Source: a virus (Duplodnaviria; Caudoviricetes). Taken from it: a stretch of DNA of 64,000 nucleotides. The number at the start of each line of letters is the position of its first letter. The first letter of the stretch is position 1. Below, one piece after another: positions 1 to 8,526 of the stretch. The notes under the pieces are model-generated. The model did not search any database and had not been told where the DNA came from. It was given only the letters and a program-made list of their open reading frames with translations. A program made the translations under genes and the position numbers. The stretch is taken from positions 1 to 64,000 of IMG/VR virus record IMGVR_UViG_3300031992_000007; one strand, 5' to 3'.

Positions 1-69
1 TTTAAAAGCCATAAGTTTGTAGGGGGGGGGTAAAATTCCCCAACCCCTCCTCCAGTTTTGTTGTTAGAT

Positions 70-1377
70 TTATGAAGCCTTCGGTTTACGCAAGCTAGAC
101 GACAGATTCTCAGTTTCGAGCCCCATCTCTTCCTGCTTCTTCTTAAGTGCTTCGTTGGTGTTGTGAGCATCAGCCTGTTCGATCTCCTCCTTAGTAACAG
201 GAGTGAGAACAGTTTCGAAGCTGTTCAACGTCTGCTCCTGTTTCTTACGAAGCTTGGAGAAAGCAGAACAGATTCTTCCGGGTGCTCTGGCGGTAGAAGA
301 GATGAGCCTCTTGCACAGATCGCCGAATTTCTTGCGAGCGGGCGGAACAGCAGGAGTTTTGTTCTCTTCTTTCTTGCCACCTTCACCCTCTTCCTGCTTC
401 TTCTTGCTGTCTTTGTACATGTCGTAGCCTATCTTGGCCAGACCAGCTGTAGGACAAATAACAACAAGAGCAGTGTTGATGATGTAACGACGGATCTTCT
501 CGTTCTTAGCACGAAGAGATTCTGCATCTTTGGCTAGTTTCTGAGTATCTGCTGTAGCAGCTTTCTTGATCTGACCAGCTGCCTTAGCAACACCTTCTGT
601 AGAGTAACCTTTACCAGCAAGAGTGGTTTTCTTATCATCACTCTTCTTATTAAGCTCCTCAACTTTAGTAACAAGTCCGTCGATCTTCTTAGAGTTCTCC
701 TCTACCTTGGCAACCAGACCTTCGAGGATCTTGTTAGCTTCCTCGTCTTTACCTTGCTTGGCAAGTTCAGTTGCTTTGGTAACAGCAGACTCTATCTCAG
801 TCTGAGTCTGAACCTGGGCTGCCATCTCAGCAGCTGCTTCTTCAGTAGCCTTAGTAGTCTCAGCCACCTGATCCGGAGACATTACCTCTGCAGGAACCTC
901 TTTCTCCTTGATGAGCTCCTTGGCTTCAGGATCTTTAACTGCCTCGATAACCTTATCGGCTTTCTTGGAAGCACGAGGTCCGAGGAAGAGCAAAGACTTG
1001 ATGAACTTCCAGATAGCTTCGAAGATATCTTTGATCCAGGCGATGAGTTTGTTCCACACTGCCTTGAGCGCATCCCCCAAACCTTCCATAGCCTCGACTC
1101 TTGACAGATCCTCGATGGGTTTGTCGTAGAGTGCCTGGAAAGTTCCAGAGGTATTGAACATCTCAAGGGATTCTGGTCCGACGTAGGAGGTAGAGAGAGC
1201 CTCAAGAGCATCCTGAATATCATCAAGCATAGCTTCAGTTGAAGTCAGCTCAACATTGGCATCAAGGAGTTCTTGATAGGCTTCGTATGCTTCATGCAGA
1301 CCATTTAACAGATCAGTCTTGTCTTCAAGAGGACTCTTTTCGATGTACTCTGAAGTTGTAGTGAAATTAAATGCCAT
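70..1377 (-). CDS. putative virion internal head protein (phiKZ-like, proteolytically matured)
   Basis: 435-aa ORF from ATG 1377 with AAGGAG RBS. Acidic N-terminus ending in S/A-x-E sites (SLE, AME), followed by the amphipathic helix GLGDALKAVWNKLIAWIKDIFEAIWKFIKSL, as in phiKZ-like inner-head proteins. Confidence 0.55.
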   Translation of the reverse strand: MAFNFTTTSEYIEKSPLEDKTDLLNGLHEAYEAYQELLDANVELTSTEAMLDDIQDALEALSTSYVGPESLEMFNTSGTFQALYDKPIEDLSRVEAMEGLGDALKAVWNKLIAWIKDIFEAIWKFIKSLLFLGPRASKKADKVIEAVKDPEAKELIKEKEVPAEVMSPDQVAETTKATEEAAAEMAAQVQTQTEIESAVTKATELAKQGKDEEANKILEGLVAKVEENSKKIDGLVTKVEELNKKSDDKKTTLAGKGYSTEGVAKAAGQIKKAATADTQKLAKDAESLRAKNEKIRRYIINTALVVICPTAGLAKIGYDMYKDSKKKQEEGEGGKKEENKTPAVPPARKKFGDLCKRLISSTARAPGRICSAFSKLRKKQEQTLNSFETVLTPVTKEEIEQADAHNTNEALKKKQEEMGLETENLSSSLRKPKAS

Positions 1378-1422
1378 ATACACTCCTTATTAATAGGAAG
1401 GGTTTCGACATAAAATATTCAG

Positions 1423-2268
1423 AGGTGTTAGTCCTGTATACGATAAAGCTTCTGCTAGAACAAATGGTGTACTAGATAGTGGGTTGGTTACTGCTGACGG
1501 ATGGTACTTCTTCTCTGAATGTGAACCTTCGGCACGCGGTAAAGTAAGGCTCTCCGGAGGTGTAACTCAGCGAAGTGATAAATTGTGGGGAACAAACTGC
1601 CTTTGCGTAGTTGGATACAGTAGTGACTACGGAACATTAAGTGGATACTGGTGGGCTCCTTATATCGAATCTGAGACACCTACATACAGGCTCTCCAAAA
1701 GGTGAAGCACGTGATTTCCCATCTATGGTTGTACAAGATTTGAGAACAGATGGAGATATAAGCTCCAAAATAGGTACCGCATGGAGCTTCTCCAATGTCT
1801 ATTATGCTGCCACATGGCAGATAGAAGGAAAGAAATATGACAGATGGCTCTCCCACAAGGTGCAGAAACATATGACGACTACATGACCAAAGAGTGGGTA
1901 TGTGTACATATTGGATCTATTGACAGATGGCAGAATGGTCTACAGTATCCAGCCGTTGGATCTTCAGGCACATACGGTAGAGGGCTCTCCTGAGGTGGGT
2001 CATCTAGACCAGGATTTGGAGAATGGATGATCGGAGGCAAACGAAAATCACCAGACAATGCGGATTCACCTTATCTATCTGTGTGTTCTTTTGGAGAATA
2101 CCTAAATAAACCAATCGCATGGCTCTCCTAGGTGGAAGCGACACTGGAACCAGTAATAAACTCCCACCAACAATGTTGATGTATATCCCAAATTGGACAG
2201 GTGGATTATTCCCAGATCAAGATGGACCAATGGCACACCGAGTCGGCACACTCAGATATAGGCTCTCC
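1423..2268 (+). repeat. cassette array 1: six (A)GGTG...GGCTCTCC-bounded in-frame peptide-coding cassettes
   Basis: Cassettes (GGT to CTCTCC): 1424-1555 (44 codons), 1559-1696 (46), 1701-1853 (51), 1859-1990 (44), 1994-2128 (45), 2131-2268 (46). All stop-free. Linkers gga, aaaa, cacaa, tga, ta. Confidence 0.9.
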
Positions 2269-2287
2269 TAACAAAATAAAACCTTAG

Positions 2288-2314
2288 CCTCAGGAGCCTC
2301 TAAGGCTCCTGAGG
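2288..2314 (-). terminator. intrinsic terminator of the lipoprotein gene, bordering array 1
   Basis: Stem CCTCAGGAGCC/GGCTCCTGAGG with a 5-nt loop; A-tract at about 2273-2281 on + is the U-tract on -. Confidence 0.7.
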
Positions 2315-2337
2315 TGAGTCACTAACGATCTAGACTT

Positions 2338-2868
2338 TTACCGAGCAGGAGCACACAGCTTGAAGGTTTCCTTATCCATGATGCTGTTGACTAGGTCAAC
2401 AACTTCCTGGTTGTTCGGGTTGATCCCGATACCTGTGCGAAAACCATTGCACGCCTCGTGGATAGCAACAGCGAACACATCCTGTTCCTGTCTCCACTTA
2501 GGATGCTTGATGAACAGATAATCGATACCCTTGACTCCGAGGTCAGCAGCCATCTTGACGAGGACAGCCTGTTCCTCAGTGACCTTACCCTGAGCGATGA
2601 GTTTCGTGATCGCTTCCTGAATGACCGGCGTCCACGCCTGCTCGAACGTCTGACCATCCTGCGGGATGAAACGTTCGGCGATCGTGACGATGACAACAGC
2701 ATTGGTCTTGTCCTGAGCCGTGATCTTCGGGATAAGGGCAGAAGCGTAGCCAGCCGCGAGACCCGCAGCATAAGCCTTCTGACCAACCGTCTCCTTTTCA
2801 GGGATGGACTTGCAACCCGTGAACACAGCGAGAGCGCACGCAAGTGCAGCAATAAACATCTTCTTCAT
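2338..2868 (-). CDS. putative lipoprotein
   Basis: MKKMFIAALACALAVFTG-C signal peptide with lipobox; 176 aa. Confidence 0.7.
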   Translation of the reverse strand: MKKMFIAALACALAVFTGCKSIPEKETVGQKAYAAGLAAGYASALIPKITAQDKTNAVVIVTIAERFIPQDGQTFEQAWTPVIQEAITKLIAQGKVTEEQAVLVKMAADLGVKGIDYLFIKHPKWRQEQDVFAVAIHEACNGFRTGIGINPNNQEVVDLVNSIMDKETFKLCAPAR

Positions 2869-2942
2869 TTTCGTTTACCTTTCCTTAGGGATTGATCGTT
2901 GTGACTATATAAGGATATAAACGAATAAAAAATAAAGAAGGA

Positions 2943-2970
2943 ACCTCCTGGCCGGTTAGGGCCAGGAGGT
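2943..2970 (-). terminator. intrinsic terminator
   Basis: ACCTCCTGGCC...GGCCAGGAGGT hairpin with adjacent A-tract on +. Confidence 0.65.
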
Positions 2971-3002
2971 AGGATCGAACTAGTGAACAGTTGCAAATCA
3001 GA

Positions 3003-3452
3003 TCAGTGAACCATCTCGTACTTGAGCCAGTCCTTGAAGATGTCTTCAGGAATGAACACAGTCCAAGGCTGAGGAGCATCTGCACCTTCTTCAGGCTGCT
3101 GCGCCACCTGGAACACTAGCATGCCAGGGTTCTTGGCGTTGCGTCCCTTGAAGGTCAGAGTGTCGTGAGCAGACACCTTGTACTCATCATCCGCCGAGAA
3201 CACCGCCGAGGTGGTGTACTTCTTGTTGTAGCGGAACTGGTAGCTATCGAACTTGTGTTCGCGGTTATACTTCTCAACCGCAAGCTTGAAGTCTTCGATG
3301 CGGAGCTTCGTGTTCTCAACGAAGGACGGAGCGACATCCGAAATGATTCCACGAAGCTGGTCGAAGAACTTGGTCTTGGCGTCGCAGCTGGCTTTGAACG
3401 AAGCGATGGCTTCCTGGACTTCAGGAAAAGCAGTGAGCTGAGTGATATCCAT
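3003..3452 (-). CDS. hypothetical protein
   Basis: ATG 3452 (MDITQL...) preceded by GAAAGGA RBS; phage-like codon bias. Confidence 0.7.
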   Translation of the reverse strand: MDITQLTAFPEVQEAIASFKASCDAKTKFFDQLRGIISDVAPSFVENTKLRIEDFKLAVEKYNREHKFDSYQFRYNKKYTTSAVFSADDEYKVSAHDTLTFKGRNAKNPGMLVFQVAQQPEEGADAPQPWTVFIPEDIFKDWLKYEMVH

Positions 3453-3481
3453 GATTGTTTCCTTTCGTGTGATTGTCTTTG

Positions 3482-3616
3482 TTATTTGCGGTTCTTTTTG
3501 ACCGACGGGGTTGTTTTGATCTTCTTGACCGAACACTTGCATACATGGCCAGGTTCATGCTTCTTGCATTTACCTCCACATTTGCACTGACCAGTTCCTT
3601 GACATTTGCAGTTCAT
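3482..3616 (-). CDS. small Cys/His-rich, metallothionein-like peptide (44 aa)
   Basis: GGAGGA RBS then MNCKCQGTGQCKCGGKCKKHEPGHVCKCSVKK...; 7 Cys, three CKC motifs; fills the gap between co-oriented genes. Confidence 0.5.
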   Translation of the reverse strand: MNCKCQGTGQCKCGGKCKKHEPGHVCKCSVKKIKTTPSVKKNRK

Positions 3617-3617
3617 T

Positions 3618-4016
3618 TCAGAATATCCTCCGCTGAATGTAGGTTCCTGTGTTGTCCACCGGAAGATCTCCATCTATCCCGTCTACACGGAAGGTGATTT
3701 CTGCCTCACCTGTCTCAGAGTCAACTCTGGTGATCTGATGAGTTACAGACACCTTAGAGAAGTAGATCGTGTTTGGCACGATGACATAGTCCTTCTCTAC
3801 CTTGAATTCAGCAGGGAACGACCGGAGGAGATCGTGCCCAGCCTGAGGGTAGGAGACCAGAGCCGCTTCATTGATCCGGGTCATCCACTCCCCCTTACCA
3901 GTGAGGTAGATAGGGCAGAATTCCGCATCTGTGATCTTGTCCTCTTTATCCCTGACGAGATGACGGGCAACAGCACAGATCATGAACTTTTCACTTTTCA
4001 GGAACTTTGGATTCAT
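3618..4016 (-). CDS. hypothetical protein
   Basis: ATG 4016 (MNPKFLK...) overlapping the end of the upstream gene; 132 aa. Confidence 0.6.
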   Translation of the reverse strand: MNPKFLKSEKFMICAVARHLVRDKEDKITDAEFCPIYLTGKGEWMTRINEAALVSYPQAGHDLLRSFPAEFKVEKDYVIVPNTIYFSKVSVTHQITRVDSETGEAEITFRVDGIDGDLPVDNTGTYIQRRIF

Positions 4017-4488
4017 CCTTAATCTCCACTTGGACTTTGGTCGGAACAGCATTGGTGGGAACAGGCTCATCGCAGATCCGGCATTCGTACCTTGTCTGGA
4101 ACGGGCACTGCTTGTGTGTGAGGTGCTGGATCGTATTGATGCAGTTGGACAGAGAAACGATGATGAACCCCACTCCAATGAAGATCCAGATGGCTTGTTC
4201 GACAGCGCGAAGTTTCGAGTCCACCTTCCGCATCTTACAGTAGCACTCGGCGATGTTGATCCAAGTTTTTGTCAGACTAATCGACTTGGTGACCGTTGGA
4301 TCAGTGTTATTATCATCACACTTCTCGATCAGCTTCTGACCTTCTTCGATCGCGTCTTCTACGTCCCGATTGGTTTCGTCACCGCTACGTTTGACCCGAA
4401 GATACTCCATCGTCTGTTTCCAGATGAGAAACATCCAGAGGAGAACCAGACTGCAGTCGCATAGTGCTTTTACTACATGATCGTTCAT
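3991..4488 (-). CDS. hypothetical membrane protein
   Basis: AAGGA RBS; two hydrophobic segments; 165 aa. Confidence 0.6.
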   Translation of the reverse strand: MNDHVVKALCDCSLVLLWMFLIWKQTMEYLRVKRSGDETNRDVEDAIEEGQKLIEKCDDNNTDPTVTKSISLTKTWINIAECYCKMRKVDSKLRAVEQAIWIFIGVGFIIVSLSNCINTIQHLTHKQCPFQTRYECRICDEPVPTNAVPTKVQVEIKDESKVPEK

Positions 4489-4503
4489 TTTGTTTCCTTT
4501 CTT

Positions 4504-4719
4504 TTAGTGATCGTTGCTGAAAATACTCCAGGTTTCATAGTGGTCTCCACCTAGTGGGTGGAAATAATAACTGTATGCTCGATACGGCTTACGTAGCAGT
4601 TTTCTAATGGGCGTGGTTACCGCCCAGTAGATCAATGCCACCAAAGCTATAATGAGCAGAAGTATTAATGCTAGAACCTGGAGCAGTATTTGACCAATGT
4701 TGATGAGTATGTCTATCAT
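4504..4719 (-). CDS. small membrane protein
   Basis: Long hydrophobic helix (ILLQVLALILLLIIALVALIYW); start uncertain (4719 or 4743). Confidence 0.45.
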   Translation of the reverse strand: MIDILINIGQILLQVLALILLLIIALVALIYWAVTTPIRKLLRKPYRAYSYYFHPLGGDHYETWSIFSNDH

Positions 4720-4725
4720 AGCACT

Positions 4726-4739
4726 AAGGTAATGTATAC
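4726..4739 (-). promoter_or_regulatory. phage promoter motif (TAYATTAC)
   Basis: Minus strand GTATACATTACCTT; the same motif recurs upstream of several minus-strand genes. Confidence 0.5.
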
Positions 4740-4757
4740 ACAAGTGCAGGACGGATA

Positions 4758-5042
4758 TTAGTCTCCGTAGTAGTCATCGGACTTCCTAGAGTCATCAAGC
4801 CGTTCGACCTTAGACTCAGCCAACTCTCTAGCCAACTCTTCGTCGTTGTCCCAGTTGTTAGCGATGAGCGCACCAAGAGTAGCTACAGCTACATCTTTGC
4901 TGACGAACTTAAGAGCATTGTCGACATTGGTGGTCATGCATGAAGATGCTCCACCGAATCCACCGTGACCGAAGTATACGACTGTAGTGGTCGTCTCGCC
5001 GTACAATTCGGTCTTAACACGTTTATGCATTATTACGAACAT
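4758..5042 (-). CDS. hypothetical protein
   Basis: AAGGAGA RBS; 94 aa. Confidence 0.6.
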   Translation of the reverse strand: MFVIMHKRVKTELYGETTTTVVYFGHGGFGGASSCMTTNVDNALKFVSKDVAVATLGALIANNWDNDEELARELAESKVERLDDSRKSDDYYGD

Positions 5043-5094
5043 GAGGTTTCTCCTTATTAATAAGGTAAAAAGAAAAGAGGTCGTGTTCCAGCAC

Positions 5095-6639
5095 TTACTG
5101 GAACACGGCTGTTGGATCTAGCTGTGCGGCGTCAGACGTGGCATCGGCCTCAGCATAGATGTCGTGAACAGACTTGTCCTCGCCATTGACATCATCCAGC
5201 ACACCAAGGCTGTCTGTAAATCTATAAGCGAAGTACTTGTCCTTCTCTGGAGTATCCTCAACGTACTTGTGCTTATTCCAGGCACAGGTAAGATAAGGAA
5301 TACCCTGAGCGTTGTTCTCGATCTCCAGGAAGACTAGCATATCCAACTCCTGCTTGAGAGCTTTGGCGTTGGACAAATGACTTTCACCATACATCTTCAC
5401 GATGTTGGTTATTCCACTCTTGCTTATTCTGGATGCGTCTGCATCCATCTGCCAACCTGTAGCGAAGAACATGTCTCTGTGTTGAGCGAAATCTTTGAAC
5501 TTACGAGCCATCTCGACCAATTGAAGATCGTCTCGTTTATCCTTATCCTCTCTAGAACGATGACAGAGCCCGAGATAGTCCAGGTAGGTGGTGACAACCT
5601 TGAAGCCTTTCATCTCCAAGTCCTCAACATCCTTCCGGTATTCGTTGAAACCATAAGTCTCACCGAACCTTCTCCACACTTTGATATGGAATCCATTCTT
5701 CATGAGCATCTGCCTTACTTGCTCCACCATCTGGTCAACAGGGATGCCTTCTGGGATTTTCCTGTACAAGTTGATGTAGGCTTGCCTCCACCACTTCTTC
5801 AGGTTCTCGCCTATTTCGTTCTCTAGAGATATAAAGAGGATAAGAGGAACTCTTCCTCCAGTATCCGGTGGTTTGTTGTAGACGCACTGACCACGCATCA
5901 TGTCCATCAGAAGACCTGACTTGTAGTTGTGAGAACGTGCTGCCACACAGAAGAATTCGCCATAAGCCGCTCCACCAGAAGGTCCAAACATTCTGTTCAG
6001 TCCTTGCAAACCGAACTTGATGTTGATACCAGCTCTCTTCCTCTCTTGCTGGAGGAATCCTTTCTTGATAGATTGAGGATCGTCGAAATCAATGTCTTCG
6101 ACTGGAGCCAACGAATCATCATCGACTGTATTCTGGCTGTTGTAAACCTCAGCGAAATCAGCGGCATCGTCCAAGATCTTCTTCAACAGAAGAGTCTGTT
6201 TCTCTTCATCATCTTCAAAACTGGCTTTCTGGTTGGCGAGGGCCATGGCACGAATACGTCTTGAGTTCGTCTGCCACACTATAAAGTTTTTGATCCTCGT
6301 TACCAGTCTCTTAACCGCAGTCGGAGATGGCATGGTGTCCGGAAGGATCATGCTCTTGAACTCATCGAACGAAATGCGATTATTGTCAAATGCCCTATCG
6401 TCTTGGTATTGACGAACAAGAACTTCAGCTTCTGCTCTATTGCTAAGATCTAGTTTGCCATCGATGATGTCTCTCAGGAGTTTGACGTACAAGGTGTTGA
6501 GAGGAGTGATCATTGTACGTTCTTCGACAGGTATCTTGTCGTACAACTTCACTGCTTCTTTAGCTAACCTGATCGTCGTTGGTCCTGGAGCCCATGCGGC
6601 CAAACAGAGTGTGTTCAGATAAACGTTGTTACTGCGCAT
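5095..6639 (-). CDS. DnaB-like replicative helicase (phiKZ gp118-like)
   Basis: GLQGLNRMFG, atypical Walker A AARSHNYKS, FISLEN, YLDYLGL, QELDM motifs. Divergent from the virion-protein/MCP pair as in phiKZ. Confidence 0.8.
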   Translation of the reverse strand: MRSNNVYLNTLCLAAWAPGPTTIRLAKEAVKLYDKIPVEERTMITPLNTLYVKLLRDIIDGKLDLSNRAEAEVLVRQYQDDRAFDNNRISFDEFKSMILPDTMPSPTAVKRLVTRIKNFIVWQTNSRRIRAMALANQKASFEDDEEKQTLLLKKILDDAADFAEVYNSQNTVDDDSLAPVEDIDFDDPQSIKKGFLQQERKRAGINIKFGLQGLNRMFGPSGGAAYGEFFCVAARSHNYKSGLLMDMMRGQCVYNKPPDTGGRVPLILFISLENEIGENLKKWWRQAYINLYRKIPEGIPVDQMVEQVRQMLMKNGFHIKVWRRFGETYGFNEYRKDVEDLEMKGFKVVTTYLDYLGLCHRSREDKDKRDDLQLVEMARKFKDFAQHRDMFFATGWQMDADASRISKSGITNIVKMYGESHLSNAKALKQELDMLVFLEIENNAQGIPYLTCAWNKHKYVEDTPEKDKYFAYRFTDSLGVLDDVNGEDKSVHDIYAEADATSDAAQLDPTAVFQ

Positions 6640-6746
6640 TACTCGGAACTCCTTTGTAAAACCACGCACGAAAAATCTATAATATACATCCTCCTCGGTA
6701 AAGTAAAATAACCGACGAGGTGTTACAGTTTACAATAAGGAGTGAT

Positions 6747-8519
6747 ATGGCATCAGTCATCAACTACATTGGTCATATTTGGCTCCGGGAAAATAAAGAA
6801 CTCAATAGTGAACTCAATCCCAGCGGTTCTGTCCGCTGGGACGGTGCAAAGTCTTATTCGGACAATGCCAGGAAGTTCTCGATCGACAAACAGCTCAGGA
6901 TGTACCTCGATCAGCTTTTCGCGATCGCGTTCTATCACTCCTTCTACGGTAAGGGATGGAATGTCCTCATCGATGAGTACGTTGACGAGACCCTTACTAA
7001 CTTCGAGTTCGGAACCCTTGCCAAGTACAAACAAGAGACGCGAGACTATCACGCTGTCGACCAGATGCTTGAATCTGTAGACGAGCTGCTGCACTTCATC
7101 AAGAAGGGAACACTTCGGAAAGAGATCAACATCGATGACCTTCTGATGTTCCGTGAGCTTGGCGGAGTCGATGTTGGTTACCCGCTTGTTGAAGATGAGG
7201 AAAGGAAGTGGATCAAGCCTTATTTGATCTGGCTCAACTCCTACTGGCTGGGTTATTCCAAGGTTCACACTGCCACTGAGATCAAGAAGTGGTTCCTTCC
7301 TTCATTTAAATTCTTCCCGAATGGGTCGTGGGAGAAACCGACAGGTTGGTATACAGTGGGTTTAAATTACCATTCTATGTCGACCACGTTCTGCGCAGGC
7401 AATTCTTGCCAAGTAGAATCAGTCCGAAAGATAACGATCTATGACTATCTGGCGAGGTTTAACTTCGCCGGAGTGGCTATAGAGACTATTATCGGCAAGT
7501 TGGGAGACATGTGTCTATCGTTCGACGTCTTTAGACCTGGTACCTCAGCATCACAGAAAGTGTGCGCAGTTATTAGGGCTAATGTGCTGGGCATCATCAA
7601 CTTCGGAGGTGCATTCGGCAGATCGATAGATAGGGCACTCGCAGTGGGTAACGATTGCTTCCGCGGATGTTACGGAGCTTTCGAGGCAACCAAGGCCTTC
7701 GTAGATTTTCTGTCAAAAACCTACGGGGCTACCCTGAGTGACACCTCATTGGTTGCAAGGCTATTTAAAGGTTTCGCTGAGACAAAGCAGCAGAAAGAAT
7801 CTGCTGCCTACTTGGCTAAACTAGGCGGGAGTGCTTCCGCCGACGAACTTCACTCCTTTAAAGAGGAGTTAGGGAGTCTAGAAGCGCTGCAGTTCATTTC
7901 TCAGAATAATGCCCTGCTCGTGGCTCAGAGTCAGGAAGCTAATCCGAAGGCAGCTGCCGAAGGAGAGGAAACTGAGAAAGAGGAATCCGAGACGAAAGAG
8001 GACGACTCCAAATCCAAAGAGACCGAATCGGATAACCAGAATGAGGAAGAGAAGGAAGATGACAGCTCCGACTCTGATGAAGAACAGTCTGGTGATGCTG
8101 GTGAGGATGACACCTCCGAGGAAGAGGATGAGACCGATGGAGATAGTGATCAAGATGACGGGAGTGGACAAGCGGAGGAGTCGAGTGACACCTCTACTTC
8201 TTCTGATGATTCTGACATGCCTTCAGAAGACGAGCAACCGAACACATCTGATCCTAGGGGTTTCAAATTCAAGGTTTCTAATCCGGAAGCGGAAACTACG
8301 GATAGTGTGATGTTCCGAGAGGAGATGGATCATTTCCTTTCGAACATATTGGCCAATCCACCTGAAGATCTGTCACCTCAGACTATACAGACATTAACCT
8401 CTTTACACAGGTATTGGCTGCACACTCTGAGCATCGGCACGATCATGGGTATCCTGGGTAGTTGTGGTCTACGGCTACCTAGTTCACTGAAACAACTCAC
8501 AACAAAATGTACGGAGTAA
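6747..8519 (+). CDS. putative virion protein with long Asp/Glu/Ser tract (phiKZ gp119 position)
   Basis: AAGGAG RBS, ATG 6747; acidic low-complexity region at about 7950-8250; lies between helicase and MCP. Confidence 0.55.
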   Translation: MASVINYIGHIWLRENKELNSELNPSGSVRWDGAKSYSDNARKFSIDKQLRMYLDQLFAIAFYHSFYGKGWNVLIDEYVDETLTNFEFGTLAKYKQETRDYHAVDQMLESVDELLHFIKKGTLRKEINIDDLLMFRELGGVDVGYPLVEDEERKWIKPYLIWLNSYWLGYSKVHTATEIKKWFLPSFKFFPNGSWEKPTGWYTVGLNYHSMSTTFCAGNSCQVESVRKITIYDYLARFNFAGVAIETIIGKLGDMCLSFDVFRPGTSASQKVCAVIRANVLGIINFGGAFGRSIDRALAVGNDCFRGCYGAFEATKAFVDFLSKTYGATLSDTSLVARLFKGFAETKQQKESAAYLAKLGGSASADELHSFKEELGSLEALQFISQNNALLVAQSQEANPKAAAEGEETEKEESETKEDDSKSKETESDNQNEEEKEDDSSDSDEEQSGDAGEDDTSEEEDETDGDSDQDDGSGQAEESSDTSTSSDDSDMPSEDEQPNTSDPRGFKFKVSNPEAETTDSVMFREEMDHFLSNILANPPEDLSPQTIQTLTSLHRYWLHTLSIGTIMGILGSCGLRLPSSLKQLTTKCTE

Positions 8520-8526
8520 AACTCAA

